From Candidatus Krumholzibacteriota bacterium (lineage in GTDB: Bacteria > Krumholzibacteriota > Krumholzibacteriia > JAJRXK01), in NCBI GenBank assembly GCA_963764625.1, contig CAVXTH010000005.1, positions 192,001 to 256,000 of the forward strand: 64,000 bases of DNA, given 5' to 3'. Shown in pieces: positions 34,053 through 43,856 of this stretch (the stretch's first letter is position 1; every line of letters starts with the position of its first letter). A program made the position numbers and the translations under genes. The notes under the pieces are model-generated. The model was not told where the DNA came from. It did no database searches and saw only the letters and a list, made by a program, of their open reading frames with translations.

Positions 34053-35324
34053 TCAGGGAGTCGGGGGCCCGGGGATCCGCTCGATCTTCGCTCCGAGCGT
34101 GGCGAGTTTCTGCTCGATTTGCTCGTAGCCGCGGTCGATGTGGTAGATCCGGTCGACCAGGGTCTCGCCGTTCGCGGCGAGACCGGCCAGGATGAGAGCG
34201 GCCGAGGCCCTCAAATCCGTGGCCATGACGGGCGCGCCCGAGAGTTTTGCGACTCCCTTGATCACGGCCGAGTTTCCGTCGAGCCGAATGTCCGCGCCGA
34301 GCCGGCGCAATTCCGCCACGTGGGTGAAGCGATCGGGATAGATGGTATCGGTGATCACGCTGATGCCGTCGAGCCGCGTGGCCACCGCCATGGTCTGCGC
34401 TTGCATGTCGGTGGCAAAGCCGGGGAAGGGTCGCGTGACCACGTTCAAGGGCTTTTCCGCGTTCCGGCCGTCGATCTGGATCGAGTCCGAGGATGTCTCG
34501 AATTCGCAGCCGCAGCTCGAGAGGACTTCGAGGGTGGCGCCGAGATGCTCGGGCCGTACTTTTTCCACCCTCAGTTTCGAACGCAAAATCGCCGCCGCGG
34601 TGAGGAAGGTTCCCGCCTCGATTCGGTCCGGGATGACCCGGACGTTCAGAGGAGCGAGTTCCTTCACCCCCTCGATGCTGAGGCGCGTGGTGTCGATTCC
34701 CTCGATCCTCGCGCCCGAGGCCACCAGCGCCTCGGCCAGCTGTCCCACTTCGGGTTCGCGCGCCGCGTTCTCCAGCACCGTGGTTCCCTCGGCGAGGACC
34801 GCCGCCATGAGCACGTTCGCGGTGGCGCCTACGCTGGAGGTCGGAAAGTCCATCGTGCCCCCCTTCAGGCGGTCATGTGGCCGTTTCGCCACGATGTACC
34901 CGCCTTGAAGCTTCACTCTCGCACCGAGCATTTCCATGCCCTTCAGGTGGAGATCGATGGGCCGCGGGCCCCAGGCGCAGCCGCCGGGCAGGCTTACCCG
35001 GGCCGTGCCCATCGCTGAGAGCAGAGGCCCCAAAACGTAGACGCTCGCCCGCATGGTCTTCACCAGTTCGTAGGGAGCTTCCACCTGGTCGACACCGGTG
35101 GTATCGACGATCAGCGAGTCGTCCTCGCGCCTGACACGAGCCCCCAGGGTTTCGAGCACCCGGCCCATGGTCCGCGTGTCGCGCAAATTGGGGACGTTAT
35201 CGATACGGCTGATTCCGCGGGCGAGCAGCGTGGCGGCCATCAGGGGGAGAACGGCGTTCTTGGCGCCGCTCACTCCCACGCTACCCGAAAGTGTGCAGGG
35301 TCCGTAGATGAGGAAACGATCCAT
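34053..35324 (-). CDS. murA: UDP-N-acetylglucosamine 1-carboxyvinyltransferase
   Basis: SGAKNAVLP, LPGGCAWGPRP, NAAREPEV, PDRIEAGT, TDLRA. Confidence 0.97.
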   Translation of the reverse strand: MDRFLIYGPCTLSGSVGVSGAKNAVLPLMAATLLARGISRIDNVPNLRDTRTMGRVLETLGARVRREDDSLIVDTTGVDQVEAPYELVKTMRASVYVLGPLLSAMGTARVSLPGGCAWGPRPIDLHLKGMEMLGARVKLQGGYIVAKRPHDRLKGGTMDFPTSSVGATANVLMAAVLAEGTTVLENAAREPEVGQLAEALVASGARIEGIDTTRLSIEGVKELAPLNVRVIPDRIEAGTFLTAAAILRSKLRVEKVRPEHLGATLEVLSSCGCEFETSSDSIQIDGRNAEKPLNVVTRPFPGFATDMQAQTMAVATRLDGISVITDTIYPDRFTHVAELRRLGADIRLDGNSAVIKGVAKLSGAPVMATDLRASAALILAGLAANGETLVDRIYHIDRGYEQIEQKLATLGAKIERIPGPPTP

Positions 35325-35327
35325 GAC

Positions 35328-35912
35328 TCACTCCCCGGCGGGGTTGTGGTACTTGTTTTCATCGAGCACCAGAGGCGCGATGGTGAGCGCGTGCTGGATC
35401 TCGCTGGCCAGAGCCTCGATGCGCGGGCGTACGTCTTGGCCAGCACGCGCCTCCGCCTCTGCGTCGCTGAGAATCTCGAGCTGCACTTCCACCATCTTCT
35501 CGACCTGGGGGCCCGAGCGCGCCAACACGCTCAACAACTCACCGCGGGTGCGGCTCAGAAAGGTGTCACGCTGCGCCGGACGATTCCCCCAGCTCTCGCG
35601 CAACGCGTTCAGAGCCGATTCGCGCGCCGCGGTGAGCGGCACGTAGTAGTAGCGCAAGTCGTCGAGGTGGGCGATCGCGTCGTCGAGAAGCTTCTGCGCT
35701 TTCACCTCGTCCTTTTGCGAGGTCGCGAGAGCCTTGGCGCTGGCGATGTCGCTGCGGGCCCGTTCGATGGCCTCGTGCAGCGGCGTGAGATCGGTCTGCT
35801 CCACGATGGGATGCGCCTGCGGATAGACCTCGGTCTTCCGACCGCACGCGGCCAGGCTTCCCAACAGCATGAGCAGAGCGAGCACCCAGATGCTCTTGGT
35901 GACGTTTGCCAT
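35328..35912 (-). CDS. putative lipoprotein (internal start within the trkH ORF)
   Basis: MANVTKSIWVLALLMLLGSLAA|C lipobox; purine-rich GAAGGGAAAG upstream. Confidence 0.6.
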   Translation of the reverse strand: MANVTKSIWVLALLMLLGSLAACGRKTEVYPQAHPIVEQTDLTPLHEAIERARSDIASAKALATSQKDEVKAQKLLDDAIAHLDDLRYYYVPLTAARESALNALRESWGNRPAQRDTFLSRTRGELLSVLARSGPQVEKMVEVQLEILSDAEAEARAGQDVRPRIEALASEIQHALTIAPLVLDENKYHNPAGE

Positions 35913-37394
35913 GAAGGACTTTCCCTTCGGTCGACGCGAAACCCCACGGCGACCATAGCGCCAAAGCTCGGGCAGGAAAAGGGCGGCCAGGCCCAAAATC
36001 TCCAGCCGTCCCGCCAGCATGCAGAACACGAGAATCCATGAGCCCAATTGCGGGAGATGCGCGAAGTCGTCGTAGGGACCCAGGTGGCCGAGCCCGGGAC
36101 CCACGTTTCCCAGGGTGGCCGCCACGCCGGTGATGGCGGAGGTGCCATCGACCCCCAGGATGCTCAAGCCGAGAACCGCCACCGTGGCCAGTCCCAAGTA
36201 GGCCAGGAAGTAGAGCTGCACGGCTTCGACCTGTTCGCTGCGAAGGACGCGTTTCCCCAGCCTGAGTGTCTGCACCAAATTGGGATGGAGGATGCGACGC
36301 AACTGTAGGAGCAGGCTCTTCGCCGTGACCTGGTAGCGCACCACCTTGATCGAGCCGCTGGTGCTCGCGCTGCAACCCCCCACGAACATCAATACGATCA
36401 AAAGCACTCGGGGCATGACCGGCCACAGCTCGAAGTCTCGGGTCGCGAAGCCGGTGGTGGTGATGATGCTCACCACTTGAAAGCTGGAGTCACGGAGCGC
36501 GTTCCCCACGCTGAGACCCTGGCGAATCACGAGGCTGCCGGCGCAGAGCAAGGAGGCTAGCACGGTGATCGCGACGAAAAGACGAACCTCCGCGTTCTGC
36601 AGATAGGCGCGCGGCTTTCGTTCGATGAGCGCTCTAAAGTGGGCGTAGAACGAGGTCGCACCGGCCATCATGAAGACCATCAACACGATCTCCGTGTAGA
36701 GATCGTGGAAGGCGCCCACGCTGAGTGTGCGAGTGGAAAAGCCGCCACCGGCGATCGAAGCGAAGGAATGGCAGGTCGCCTCGAAGAGATTCATCGGACC
36801 TAAGACCAAGAGAAGGATCTGCACCACGGTGAGACCAGTGTAGATGGCCAGGTAGGAGCGGATGATGGCGGAGAGTCTCGGGTGCGGCTGGGCATCGAGA
36901 CTCAAAGGGGCCTCGGCGCCGTAGAGCATCCGGCTCCCCACCGTGCGGGGAAGAACCGCCAGGACCATCAAAATGATGCCGATGCCGCCGATCCAGTGGG
37001 TGAGGGAGCGCCAGAAGAGCAGGCTGTGCGGAGTGGCCTCGATGGTGGTGAGTACGGTGCTCCCGGTGGCGGTGAACCCGGAGACGCTCTCGAAAACCGA
37101 AGAAGTGAGCGAGGGCAGAACTCCGCCGAAGTAGTAGGGCAGCGCTCCCAGGAATCCCGCGCCCAGCCACGCCAGCACCACCACCAAGTTCGAGAGCGCG
37201 GGCTCCAGTCGCTGGGGCGCCCGCCCCAGGTAGCGAGCCACCAAGGCCAGACACAGAAAAGCCAGGGCGATCTCCGCGTAGACCGCTGCGAGGCCGTCTT
37301 TATCGACCAGGGAGATGGCCAGACTGGGGAGAAGCCCGGCGCCCAGAAGAAGCGGCACCCCGGCCCACAGGTAAAAGGCGTTGCGAAAATTCAT
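35328..37394 (-). CDS. trkH: TrkH-family K+ uptake permease, in frame with a downstream lipoprotein-like domain
   Basis: FESVSGFTATG, WIGGIG, GGFS, TTTGF, GG..STSGSIK, LGNVGPG, GRLE; no stop after LFLPELWR. Confidence 0.85.
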   Translation of the reverse strand: MNFRNAFYLWAGVPLLLGAGLLPSLAISLVDKDGLAAVYAEIALAFLCLALVARYLGRAPQRLEPALSNLVVVLAWLGAGFLGALPYYFGGVLPSLTSSVFESVSGFTATGSTVLTTIEATPHSLLFWRSLTHWIGGIGIILMVLAVLPRTVGSRMLYGAEAPLSLDAQPHPRLSAIIRSYLAIYTGLTVVQILLLVLGPMNLFEATCHSFASIAGGGFSTRTLSVGAFHDLYTEIVLMVFMMAGATSFYAHFRALIERKPRAYLQNAEVRLFVAITVLASLLCAGSLVIRQGLSVGNALRDSSFQVVSIITTTGFATRDFELWPVMPRVLLIVLMFVGGCSASTSGSIKVVRYQVTAKSLLLQLRRILHPNLVQTLRLGKRVLRSEQVEAVQLYFLAYLGLATVAVLGLSILGVDGTSAITGVAATLGNVGPGLGHLGPYDDFAHLPQLGSWILVFCMLAGRLEILGLAALFLPELWRYGRRGVSRRPKGKSFMANVTKSIWVLALLMLLGSLAACGRKTEVYPQAHPIVEQTDLTPLHEAIERARSDIASAKALATSQKDEVKAQKLLDDAIAHLDDLRYYYVPLTAARESALNALRESWGNRPAQRDTFLSRTRGELLSVLARSGPQVEKMVEVQLEILSDAEAEARAGQDVRPRIEALASEIQHALTIAPLVLDENKYHNPAGE

Positions 37395-38263
37395 GATTCC
37401 TGACGCCGACGGGCCCAACTCACGCGGGGACGTCCCGCGAGATCGAGGTGGCAGATTACTCCCTCGAAGGGAGCTTGCGCCAGGATGAGTGCAACATCCT
37501 CTTTCTGGTCACAGCCGTGCTCGAAGACGAGCCAGCCACCGGGTCGAAGCGCCGTGGCGGAGGCCTCACACAGGCCCCGGATCGCGGCCAGGCCATCGGG
37601 GCCCGCGAACAGGGCTTCGGGGGGGTCGTAGTCGATCACCTCGGGCTCAAGGCTCTCCCCTTGCGCGACATAGGGCGGGTTGGAGACCACGAGATCGCAG
37701 AAAGGCCAGCGCGGAAGCATGCTCTGGGCGAAAGCGTCGCCTTCCAGGATCTGGAGCCTCTCCTCCACCCCGTGTGCCCTGGCGTTGAGCCGGCACACCT
37801 GCACCGCTTTGGCCGACAGTTCGAAGCCGACAAGTCGGGCGCTGGGCCAGTGCGCAAGGAGGCTGATGCCGATCACGCCGCTTCCCAACCCCACTTCCAC
37901 GATGCTCGATGGAGGGGGAAGGGTCTTGACCAGTTCGATCAGGGACTCGGTCTCGGGTCGGGGGATGAAGACGCCCCTCTCCACCTGGAAGTCCAGATCG
38001 AGAATCCGCACGCTTCCCACCAGAAGTTGGAGCGGCTCTCGATGCGCTCTGCGGCGAATGAACTCTCGATAGCGAGCCAATTCCTCTGCAATCAGGGGCC
38101 GCTCGTGTTCCAGATAGAGATGCAGCCGATCAATTTCGAGGACGTGGGCGAGAAGCAGTTCGGCGTCCAGCCGCGGAGTGGCAACCCCGTGATCAGCGAG
38201 ATACTCGGCCGAAACCTGAATCAGTTCCAGAGGAGTCCAACTGCCGGCTTTGGCTTTCGCCAT
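37391..38263 (-). CDS. prmC: release factor glutamine methyltransferase
   Basis: REPLQ, FIPRPETE, G.GSG, SNPPY; follows prfA. Confidence 0.95.
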   Translation of the reverse strand: MAKAKAGSWTPLELIQVSAEYLADHGVATPRLDAELLLAHVLEIDRLHLYLEHERPLIAEELARYREFIRRRAHREPLQLLVGSVRILDLDFQVERGVFIPRPETESLIELVKTLPPPSSIVEVGLGSGVIGISLLAHWPSARLVGFELSAKAVQVCRLNARAHGVEERLQILEGDAFAQSMLPRWPFCDLVVSNPPYVAQGESLEPEVIDYDPPEALFAGPDGLAAIRGLCEASATALRPGGWLVFEHGCDQKEDVALILAQAPFEGVICHLDLAGRPRVSWARRRQES

Positions 38264-38266
38264 CGC

Positions 38267-39337
38267 CTAGTCCCCTTGCTGCTCCAGCAGTTGCTGGCGG
38301 AAATGGAGGAGAAGATAATCGAGCATGGCATCGAGGTCGCCGTCCATGATCTTGCTCAGCTCGTGCGAAGTGTAGTTGACTCGATGGTCGGTGACTCTCT
38401 GTTGCGGGAAGTTGTAGGTTCGGATCTTCGCGCTTCGATCGCCACCCGCCACCGCCGCCTTGCGCTCCTTCGCCTCGGCTTCGTGCTGCTTCGCGCGCTC
38501 CATTTCGTAGAGGCGGGCCTGGAGCACGCGCATGGCCTTGGCCTTGTTCTTGTGCTGGCTCTTCTCGTCCTGACAGGTCACGACCAGACCGGTGGGAATG
38601 TGAGTGATACGTACGGCGCTGTCGGTGGTGTTCACACTCTGCCCGCCGGGACCGCTGCTCCGGTAGACATCCACTTTCAGATCGTTGGCTCCGATCTGCA
38701 CCTCCACCTCTTCCGCCTCCGGAAGCACCACTACGCTGCAGGCCGAGGTGTGAATGCGACCGCTGCTCTCGGTCTCGGGCACGCGCTGCACCCGATGCAC
38801 CCCGTTCTCGTAGCGCAGACGTCCATAGGCGCCATCGCCCTGCAACGAAAAGATGACTTCCTTGGCGGCTCCGGTCCCAGTGGGGGAAAACTCGAGCATT
38901 TCCATTTTCCAACCCTCCCGCTCCGCATAGCGCTGGTACATCCGCGCGATGTTGCCCGCGAACAGCGCGGCCTCCTCGCCGCCCGTGCCAGCGCGGATCT
39001 CCAGAATCGCGTCGCGAGAGTCGTCCGGGTCGCGCGGTAAGAGCAGGAGTTCGAGTGACTCCTCGATCTCCGGAATGCGGGCGTTGAGCTCCTGGAGTTC
39101 CTCTTTGGCCAGCTCGCGCATTTCCGCGTCGCTCTCGTTCTCGAGCAGAGCTCTAGCGCCTTCGATCTCGTCCAGAGTTTCCAGATAGGGCAAACCGAGC
39201 TCCGCGATCTGCCGCAGGTGCTTGTACTCCTGGTTGACTTTCTTGTAGCGCAGGCGATCGCCCACGATCGAGGGATCGGCGAGGAGCTCTTCCACCTCGG
39301 CCAGCCGCGCCAGCCTGGATTCCACGAGTTCACGCAT
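38267..39337 (-). CDS. prfA: peptide chain release factor 1
   Basis: PET anticodon-mimic motif, GPGGQ, RTYNFPQ.RVTDHR. Confidence 0.97.
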   Translation of the reverse strand: MRELVESRLARLAEVEELLADPSIVGDRLRYKKVNQEYKHLRQIAELGLPYLETLDEIEGARALLENESDAEMRELAKEELQELNARIPEIEESLELLLLPRDPDDSRDAILEIRAGTGGEEAALFAGNIARMYQRYAEREGWKMEMLEFSPTGTGAAKEVIFSLQGDGAYGRLRYENGVHRVQRVPETESSGRIHTSACSVVVLPEAEEVEVQIGANDLKVDVYRSSGPGGQSVNTTDSAVRITHIPTGLVVTCQDEKSQHKNKAKAMRVLQARLYEMERAKQHEAEAKERKAAVAGGDRSAKIRTYNFPQQRVTDHRVNYTSHELSKIMDGDLDAMLDYLLLHFRQQLLEQQGD

Positions 39338-39355
39338 GATGGGGCACCAGCGCGG

Positions 39356-40315
39356 CTAGGAGGGAGATTCGGCCAGTTGGAGCTGGGGCTTCAGGGCGGG
39401 ATCGAGGGCGCTCTCCTGGAGCACCGAGGTCAACGCGGCCATCGCCACTTCCACCTGTTCGTCGGAAGGTTCCTTGGTGGTGATCTTCTGCAGCATGAGG
39501 CCAGGCCAGATGAAAGGCTTGATCCACGCCTGCTCGGCGTACTTTCCACTGAGTTTGATGACCTCGTAGGCGATGCCACCGATGAGGGGAACCAGCGTGA
39601 GCCGTTGAAGTCTCTCGACGATGCTCTCCGGCCTCCCCATGAACAGGAAGACCAGAATGCTCACGAACATCACGAAGAAGAGGAAGCTCGTCCCGCAGCG
39701 CGGATGCAGGGTGGGAAAGCGTCGCGCGTTCTCGGGCTTCAATTCCAGGCCGTGTTCGAAGACGTGGATGGTCTTGTGCTCGGCCCCGTGATACTGAAAC
39801 ACGCGGCGCATGTCTTTCATGCGGGAGATCAAGAGCAGATAGGCCATGAAGATGACCAGCCGCAGCGCCCCGTCGATGAGGTTGAAACCGAAACCGTTCT
39901 TCACCCCGGTGAGCCCGGCCAGAATCAACGGCAAGTAGAAGAAGATCCCCAGTCCGAACACGAATGCGAATGCCATCATGCCCCACATGGTGAAGCGGTC
40001 GCGCACGCGATGCTCTTCCCTTACGACCGCTTCCTCTTCCAGGGCCTGTTCGGCGGAGTACATCAGACTCGAGAAGCCCAGAGCTAGACTCTCTACCAGA
40101 GTAATGGCTCCACGCAAAAGCGGAATGTTCAACAGGCGCCGGCGGTTGACGATTCCCACGTAGGGCCGGCGCTTGACCACGATCTGACCGCTGGGCGTGC
40201 GCACCGCGGTGGCTACCGCGGTGGGGCAACGCATCATGACCCCTTCCAGCACGGCTTGGCCTCCGACGGCCAAGTCGAGAGAACGGGGATCGAACTTGGA
40301 GCTTGATGAAGCCAT
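39356..40315 (-). CDS. DUF1385-family membrane protein
   Basis: GGQAVLEGVMMR, FQYHGAEHK, HPRCGTSF, Q..TT.EP; usual rpmE-prfA neighbour. Confidence 0.88.
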   Translation of the reverse strand: MASSSSKFDPRSLDLAVGGQAVLEGVMMRCPTAVATAVRTPSGQIVVKRRPYVGIVNRRRLLNIPLLRGAITLVESLALGFSSLMYSAEQALEEEAVVREEHRVRDRFTMWGMMAFAFVFGLGIFFYLPLILAGLTGVKNGFGFNLIDGALRLVIFMAYLLLISRMKDMRRVFQYHGAEHKTIHVFEHGLELKPENARRFPTLHPRCGTSFLFFVMFVSILVFLFMGRPESIVERLQRLTLVPLIGGIAYEVIKLSGKYAEQAWIKPFIWPGLMLQKITTKEPSDEQVEVAMAALTSVLQESALDPALKPQLQLAESPS

Positions 40316-40380
40316 GAGCCCTCGGAGCCGGAACTCGGCTCCGCCGATGAAGGGAGAGAGCGCCGACCGAAGGAAGAGGG

Positions 40381-40590
40381 CTAGGCCTTGCTCTTCTCGT
40401 AGCGGCGCTTGAAGCGTTCCACGCGACCCGCCGTATCGACGATCTTCTGTTGTCCGGTGTAGAACGGGTGGCAGGCCGAACAGATTTCCACGTGAATCTC
40501 CGGGCCGGCCGTGCTGCGTGTTTCCACCTCATTGCCACAGAGGCAGATGATCTTGGTGGGAATATACTTGGGGTGGATTCCGTCTTTCAT
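40381..40590 (-). CDS. rpmE: 50S ribosomal protein L31 (C+ form)
   Basis: [33 protein letters not shown]. Confidence 0.97.
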   Translation of the reverse strand: MKDGIHPKYIPTKIICLCGNEVETRSTAGPEIHVEICSACHPFYTGQQKIVDTAGRVERFKRRYEKSKA

Positions 40591-40671
40591 CTTTTCATCC
40601 TCGTTGGGATGCCCTTGGGCATCGCTGCGGGTTGCACCAATCGTCCTTGATCGATGGGACGCAGGCGTACA

Positions 40672-40700
40672 AGAGTAACATAGGGCTGCGGCCGGCGCAA
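40672..40700 (-). promoter_or_regulatory. sigma70-type promoter of rpmE operon
   Basis: TTGCGC-17 nt-TACTCT with extended TG. Confidence 0.5.
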
Positions 40701-40751
40701 ATCTCGCAGCCTAACTCCTTGTCTCCCAAGAACTTGCCCGATCGGGTCGAC

Positions 40752-42215
40752 TCAGGCGTTCATGGAGTCGAGGAACTGCTGGTTGCCTTCGGTCTTGGAG
40801 AGCTTGTCCAGGAGGAACTCCATCGCCTCTTGGGGGCTCCGGTCGTTGAGAAACTTCCTCAGGACCCAAACCTTGTTGAGCTCCTTGGGGTCCACGAGCA
40901 GCTCTTCCTTGCGGGTTCCACTCTTGAAAATGTCGATCGAGGGAAAGATCCGCCGGTCGGAGAGCTTTCGGTCGAGCACCAGCTCCATGTTCCCCGTGCC
41001 CTTGAACTCCTCGAAGATCACCTCGTCCATGCGGCTGCCGGTCTCGATGAGAGCAGTGGCGATGATGGTGAGGCTTCCTCCCTCTTCGATGTTGCGAGCC
41101 GCGCCGAAGAAACGCTTGGGGCGCTGCAGGGCGTTGGCGTCCACGCCGCCCGAGAGGATCTTGCCGCTGTGGGGCACGACCGTGTTGTGGGCGCGCGCGA
41201 GCCGGGTGATGGAGTCGAGAAGGATGACGACGTCATGGCCGTGCTCGACCAGGCGTTTGGCCTTTTTGAGGACCATGGCGGCCACTTGCACGTGACGCTC
41301 GGCCGGCTCATCAAAGGTGGATGAGACCACCTCTCCGTTCACCGTCCGCTGCATGTCAGTGACTTCCTCGGGTCGTTCATCGATCAAAAGAACGATGAGA
41401 AGAGTCTCGGGGTGATTCTGCGCGATGCTGTTGGCCAGTTTCTGCAATAACACGGTCTTGCCGGTGCGCGGAGGCGCCACGATCAGGCCTCGCTGGCCCT
41501 TCCCGATGGGACACAACAGATCGACCACGCGCATGCTCAGATCTTTGCCGCCCGGGACCCACTCCCCCTCCTCGTTCTTGCTCTCGCTCAGGTACAGCCA
41601 TTCGTCCGGGTAGAGCGGAGTCAAGTTGTCGAAGAGCGGCTTTTGCTTGGCCAGCTCCGGATTCTCGAAGTTGACGGCCTCGACTTTCAGAAGGGCGAAA
41701 TAGCGTTCGCTATCCTTCGGCGGACGAACCTGGCCCGAAATGGTATCTCCGGTGCGCAGATCGAATTTCTTGATCTGAGACGGAGACAGGTAGATGTCGT
41801 CCGGTCCGGGCAGATAGTTGTAATCGGGTGAGCGCAGGAAGCCATAGCCTTCCGCCAGGACTTGCAACACTCCTTCGGCGAAGATGAGACCTTTGCGTTC
41901 GACCTGGCCTTCCAGAATTTTGAAGATGAGCTCTTGCTTGCGCAAGTGCGCCATCCCCTCGATTCCGTACTGGTCCGCGAGCTCCATGAGCTCCTGGATC
42001 GTCATCTGTTTCAGCTCGCCGATGTCGAGCTGAGGGATGTCCTGATCCGTCATCTCTTCGGTATCGCCGGTCTCGAGAGTTTCGCTCGCGTCTTCCATCG
42101 TTTCCGACGGGGTATCCGGCCCATTCGCGGCCAGCTTCGAAGCGGAGCTCTTGGTGGTCTTCTTGCGTACGGTTCTTCGTTTCAATGGGTTCAAGGTCAT
42201 GGGGGACGGGATCAT
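40752..42215 (-). CDS. rho: transcription termination factor Rho (start uncertain)
   Basis: [48 protein letters not shown]. Confidence 0.98.
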   Translation of the reverse strand: MIPSPMTLNPLKRRTVRKKTTKSSASKLAANGPDTPSETMEDASETLETGDTEEMTDQDIPQLDIGELKQMTIQELMELADQYGIEGMAHLRKQELIFKILEGQVERKGLIFAEGVLQVLAEGYGFLRSPDYNYLPGPDDIYLSPSQIKKFDLRTGDTISGQVRPPKDSERYFALLKVEAVNFENPELAKQKPLFDNLTPLYPDEWLYLSESKNEEGEWVPGGKDLSMRVVDLLCPIGKGQRGLIVAPPRTGKTVLLQKLANSIAQNHPETLLIVLLIDERPEEVTDMQRTVNGEVVSSTFDEPAERHVQVAAMVLKKAKRLVEHGHDVVILLDSITRLARAHNTVVPHSGKILSGGVDANALQRPKRFFGAARNIEEGGSLTIIATALIETGSRMDEVIFEEFKGTGNMELVLDRKLSDRRIFPSIDIFKSGTRKEELLVDPKELNKVWVLRKFLNDRSPQEAMEFLLDKLSKTEGNQQFLDSMNA

Positions 42216-42352
42216 CCCAGGTAGGGAAACCCGCCGGGTTGAACGTTACGGTAGTGTCCAGGGTGGAGAGTCCACCTTGGGTCGAGGAACTGCTGACCCG
42301 GTGACTGAAGTGGTCATAGCATGAGCCATGCCGCTCAGATTTCGGGCCGCGT

Positions 42353-43540
42353 CTACTGGTCCTGCGCGTCTCGCAGTTCGTAGAAGCGCGCGCAGGCGGT
42401 CTCCGCCTCGGCCTGCCGGTCGAGACGGCCAAGAGCACGGCACTGTATCTGCCATGCGTTCAGATGGTCCGGATCGAGGTCGGTCACCTGTTTGGCGTAT
42501 TCGATGGCCTTCTCGTAATTCTCCATCTGGAAATAGGAAACGGAAATCCGGTCGTAGAAGTCGATCCGCTCGGCGTCGGTCTTGGCCACGTCGAGGGCCA
42601 GCTTGAAGGCGTCGATGGCCTTCTCGTACTGATCGCTCCGGAAGTAGGCGCGCGCCGTCTCGGCGTAGACGTAGTCGTAGCGGCCGTCTTCGTTGATCAC
42701 GGGAGCAAGAGCGATCTGATTGAGCGCTCGCTGGAAGAACTCCGCCGCTCCCTTATCGTCGCCCTGTTCCTTCTGCGATCGGGCCAAAGTCAACATGAGA
42801 GTGATGTCGTCGGGATTCTCTTCGAGGAGATCTTCATAGATTTTGCGCGCTTCCTCGTCACGATCGAGCATGCGCAGAATGGCCGCCTTGACTTCGACGA
42901 ATGTGCGTTTGGTATCCGCATCCTTCACTTGTGGCATAGCCTTGTCGACCTGCGTCAAGAGATCGGAGGCTTGGTCCTTGGCCTTGGCCTCATCTTCCTT
43001 GTTGTCGGAGTTCTGTGCGAGTCGGTAGGCGTCGGTGATCTGCTGATAGGTGAGCTGGACGATGTTGAGTTGTGCCCGGGCGCCATTCTCCCCTTCGGGA
43101 TCGACCTGATAGGCAAGCTTGTAATACTCGAGGGCCGCGGCGGGATTGTCGTTGCGCAGCAGCTTCGATCCCTCGTTGAACACGCGGGCAAAGTTCGAAG
43201 ACATGTTGAGCCTGGCCTCGTCCGCCCAGAGCGCGGAGTCGATTTTTGCCGCTTCCATGTAGTGCTTGGTCGCCGCGATGAACTTCACGCGCGCCGAATC
43301 CATTTCGCCGTTGGCGAGGTGCCCCTTGGCCATCTCGCTGAGAGTGAACGCGAGCTGGAAGTGGGCCTCGCCGTTGTTCGGCTCCTCGGAGAGGGCGACT
43401 CTGTAACAGGCCTCCGCCTTGGGAAGCATCCCTTGGTCCAGATAGATGTTGCCGGAGTTGACGAAGGGGTGCTTACAACCAAAGATCCCCGCAAGAAGTG
43501 CCAATGCAAGCACGATCACGGTTCTCGAACTCATTCGCAT
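42353..43540 (-). CDS. TPR-repeat lipoprotein
   Basis: MRMSSRTVIVLALALLAGIFG|C lipobox; several TPR-like helices (A...Y..AL..P). Confidence 0.75.
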   Translation of the reverse strand: MRMSSRTVIVLALALLAGIFGCKHPFVNSGNIYLDQGMLPKAEACYRVALSEEPNNGEAHFQLAFTLSEMAKGHLANGEMDSARVKFIAATKHYMEAAKIDSALWADEARLNMSSNFARVFNEGSKLLRNDNPAAALEYYKLAYQVDPEGENGARAQLNIVQLTYQQITDAYRLAQNSDNKEDEAKAKDQASDLLTQVDKAMPQVKDADTKRTFVEVKAAILRMLDRDEEARKIYEDLLEENPDDITLMLTLARSQKEQGDDKGAAEFFQRALNQIALAPVINEDGRYDYVYAETARAYFRSDQYEKAIDAFKLALDVAKTDAERIDFYDRISVSYFQMENYEKAIEYAKQVTDLDPDHLNAWQIQCRALGRLDRQAEAETACARFYELRDAQDQ

Positions 43541-43745
43541 GCCGGGTTCTCCCCATTTGACGCTCGCTGCGCGGACGAGCAGACGCAGTCGACGATGACT
43601 CCTCATCACACTAGTGCTCGACGGACGGACCCAAACTCGATCCTCAGTTGCATTGGGAAGCAGGAGTAGAAGAGTGCGTGAGGTGCTTTCCGAAAGAGAT
43701 CCCCGCGAGCCTTCCCGGCCGGGGAACCTCCGCCGTACCGCTCTA

Positions 43746-43775
43746 GGTATAAGCGCCACGGCGAGGATTTGTCAA
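43746..43775 (-). promoter_or_regulatory. sigma70-type promoter of TPR lipoprotein/rho
   Basis: TTGACA-18 nt-TATACC. Confidence 0.55.
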
Positions 43776-43856
43776 CTAATCGAACTCTTGGTGCCCACTG
43801 ACCTCACCCCCTGAGGGCTCGCCAGGGCCGGCGACAAGATAGTGCCCCCTACCACC

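Noticed and set aside
43541-43759. N-terminal extension of the TPR lipoprotein ORF to 43759
   Set aside because: Starts inside the predicted promoter; the signal peptide and SD fit ATG 43540.
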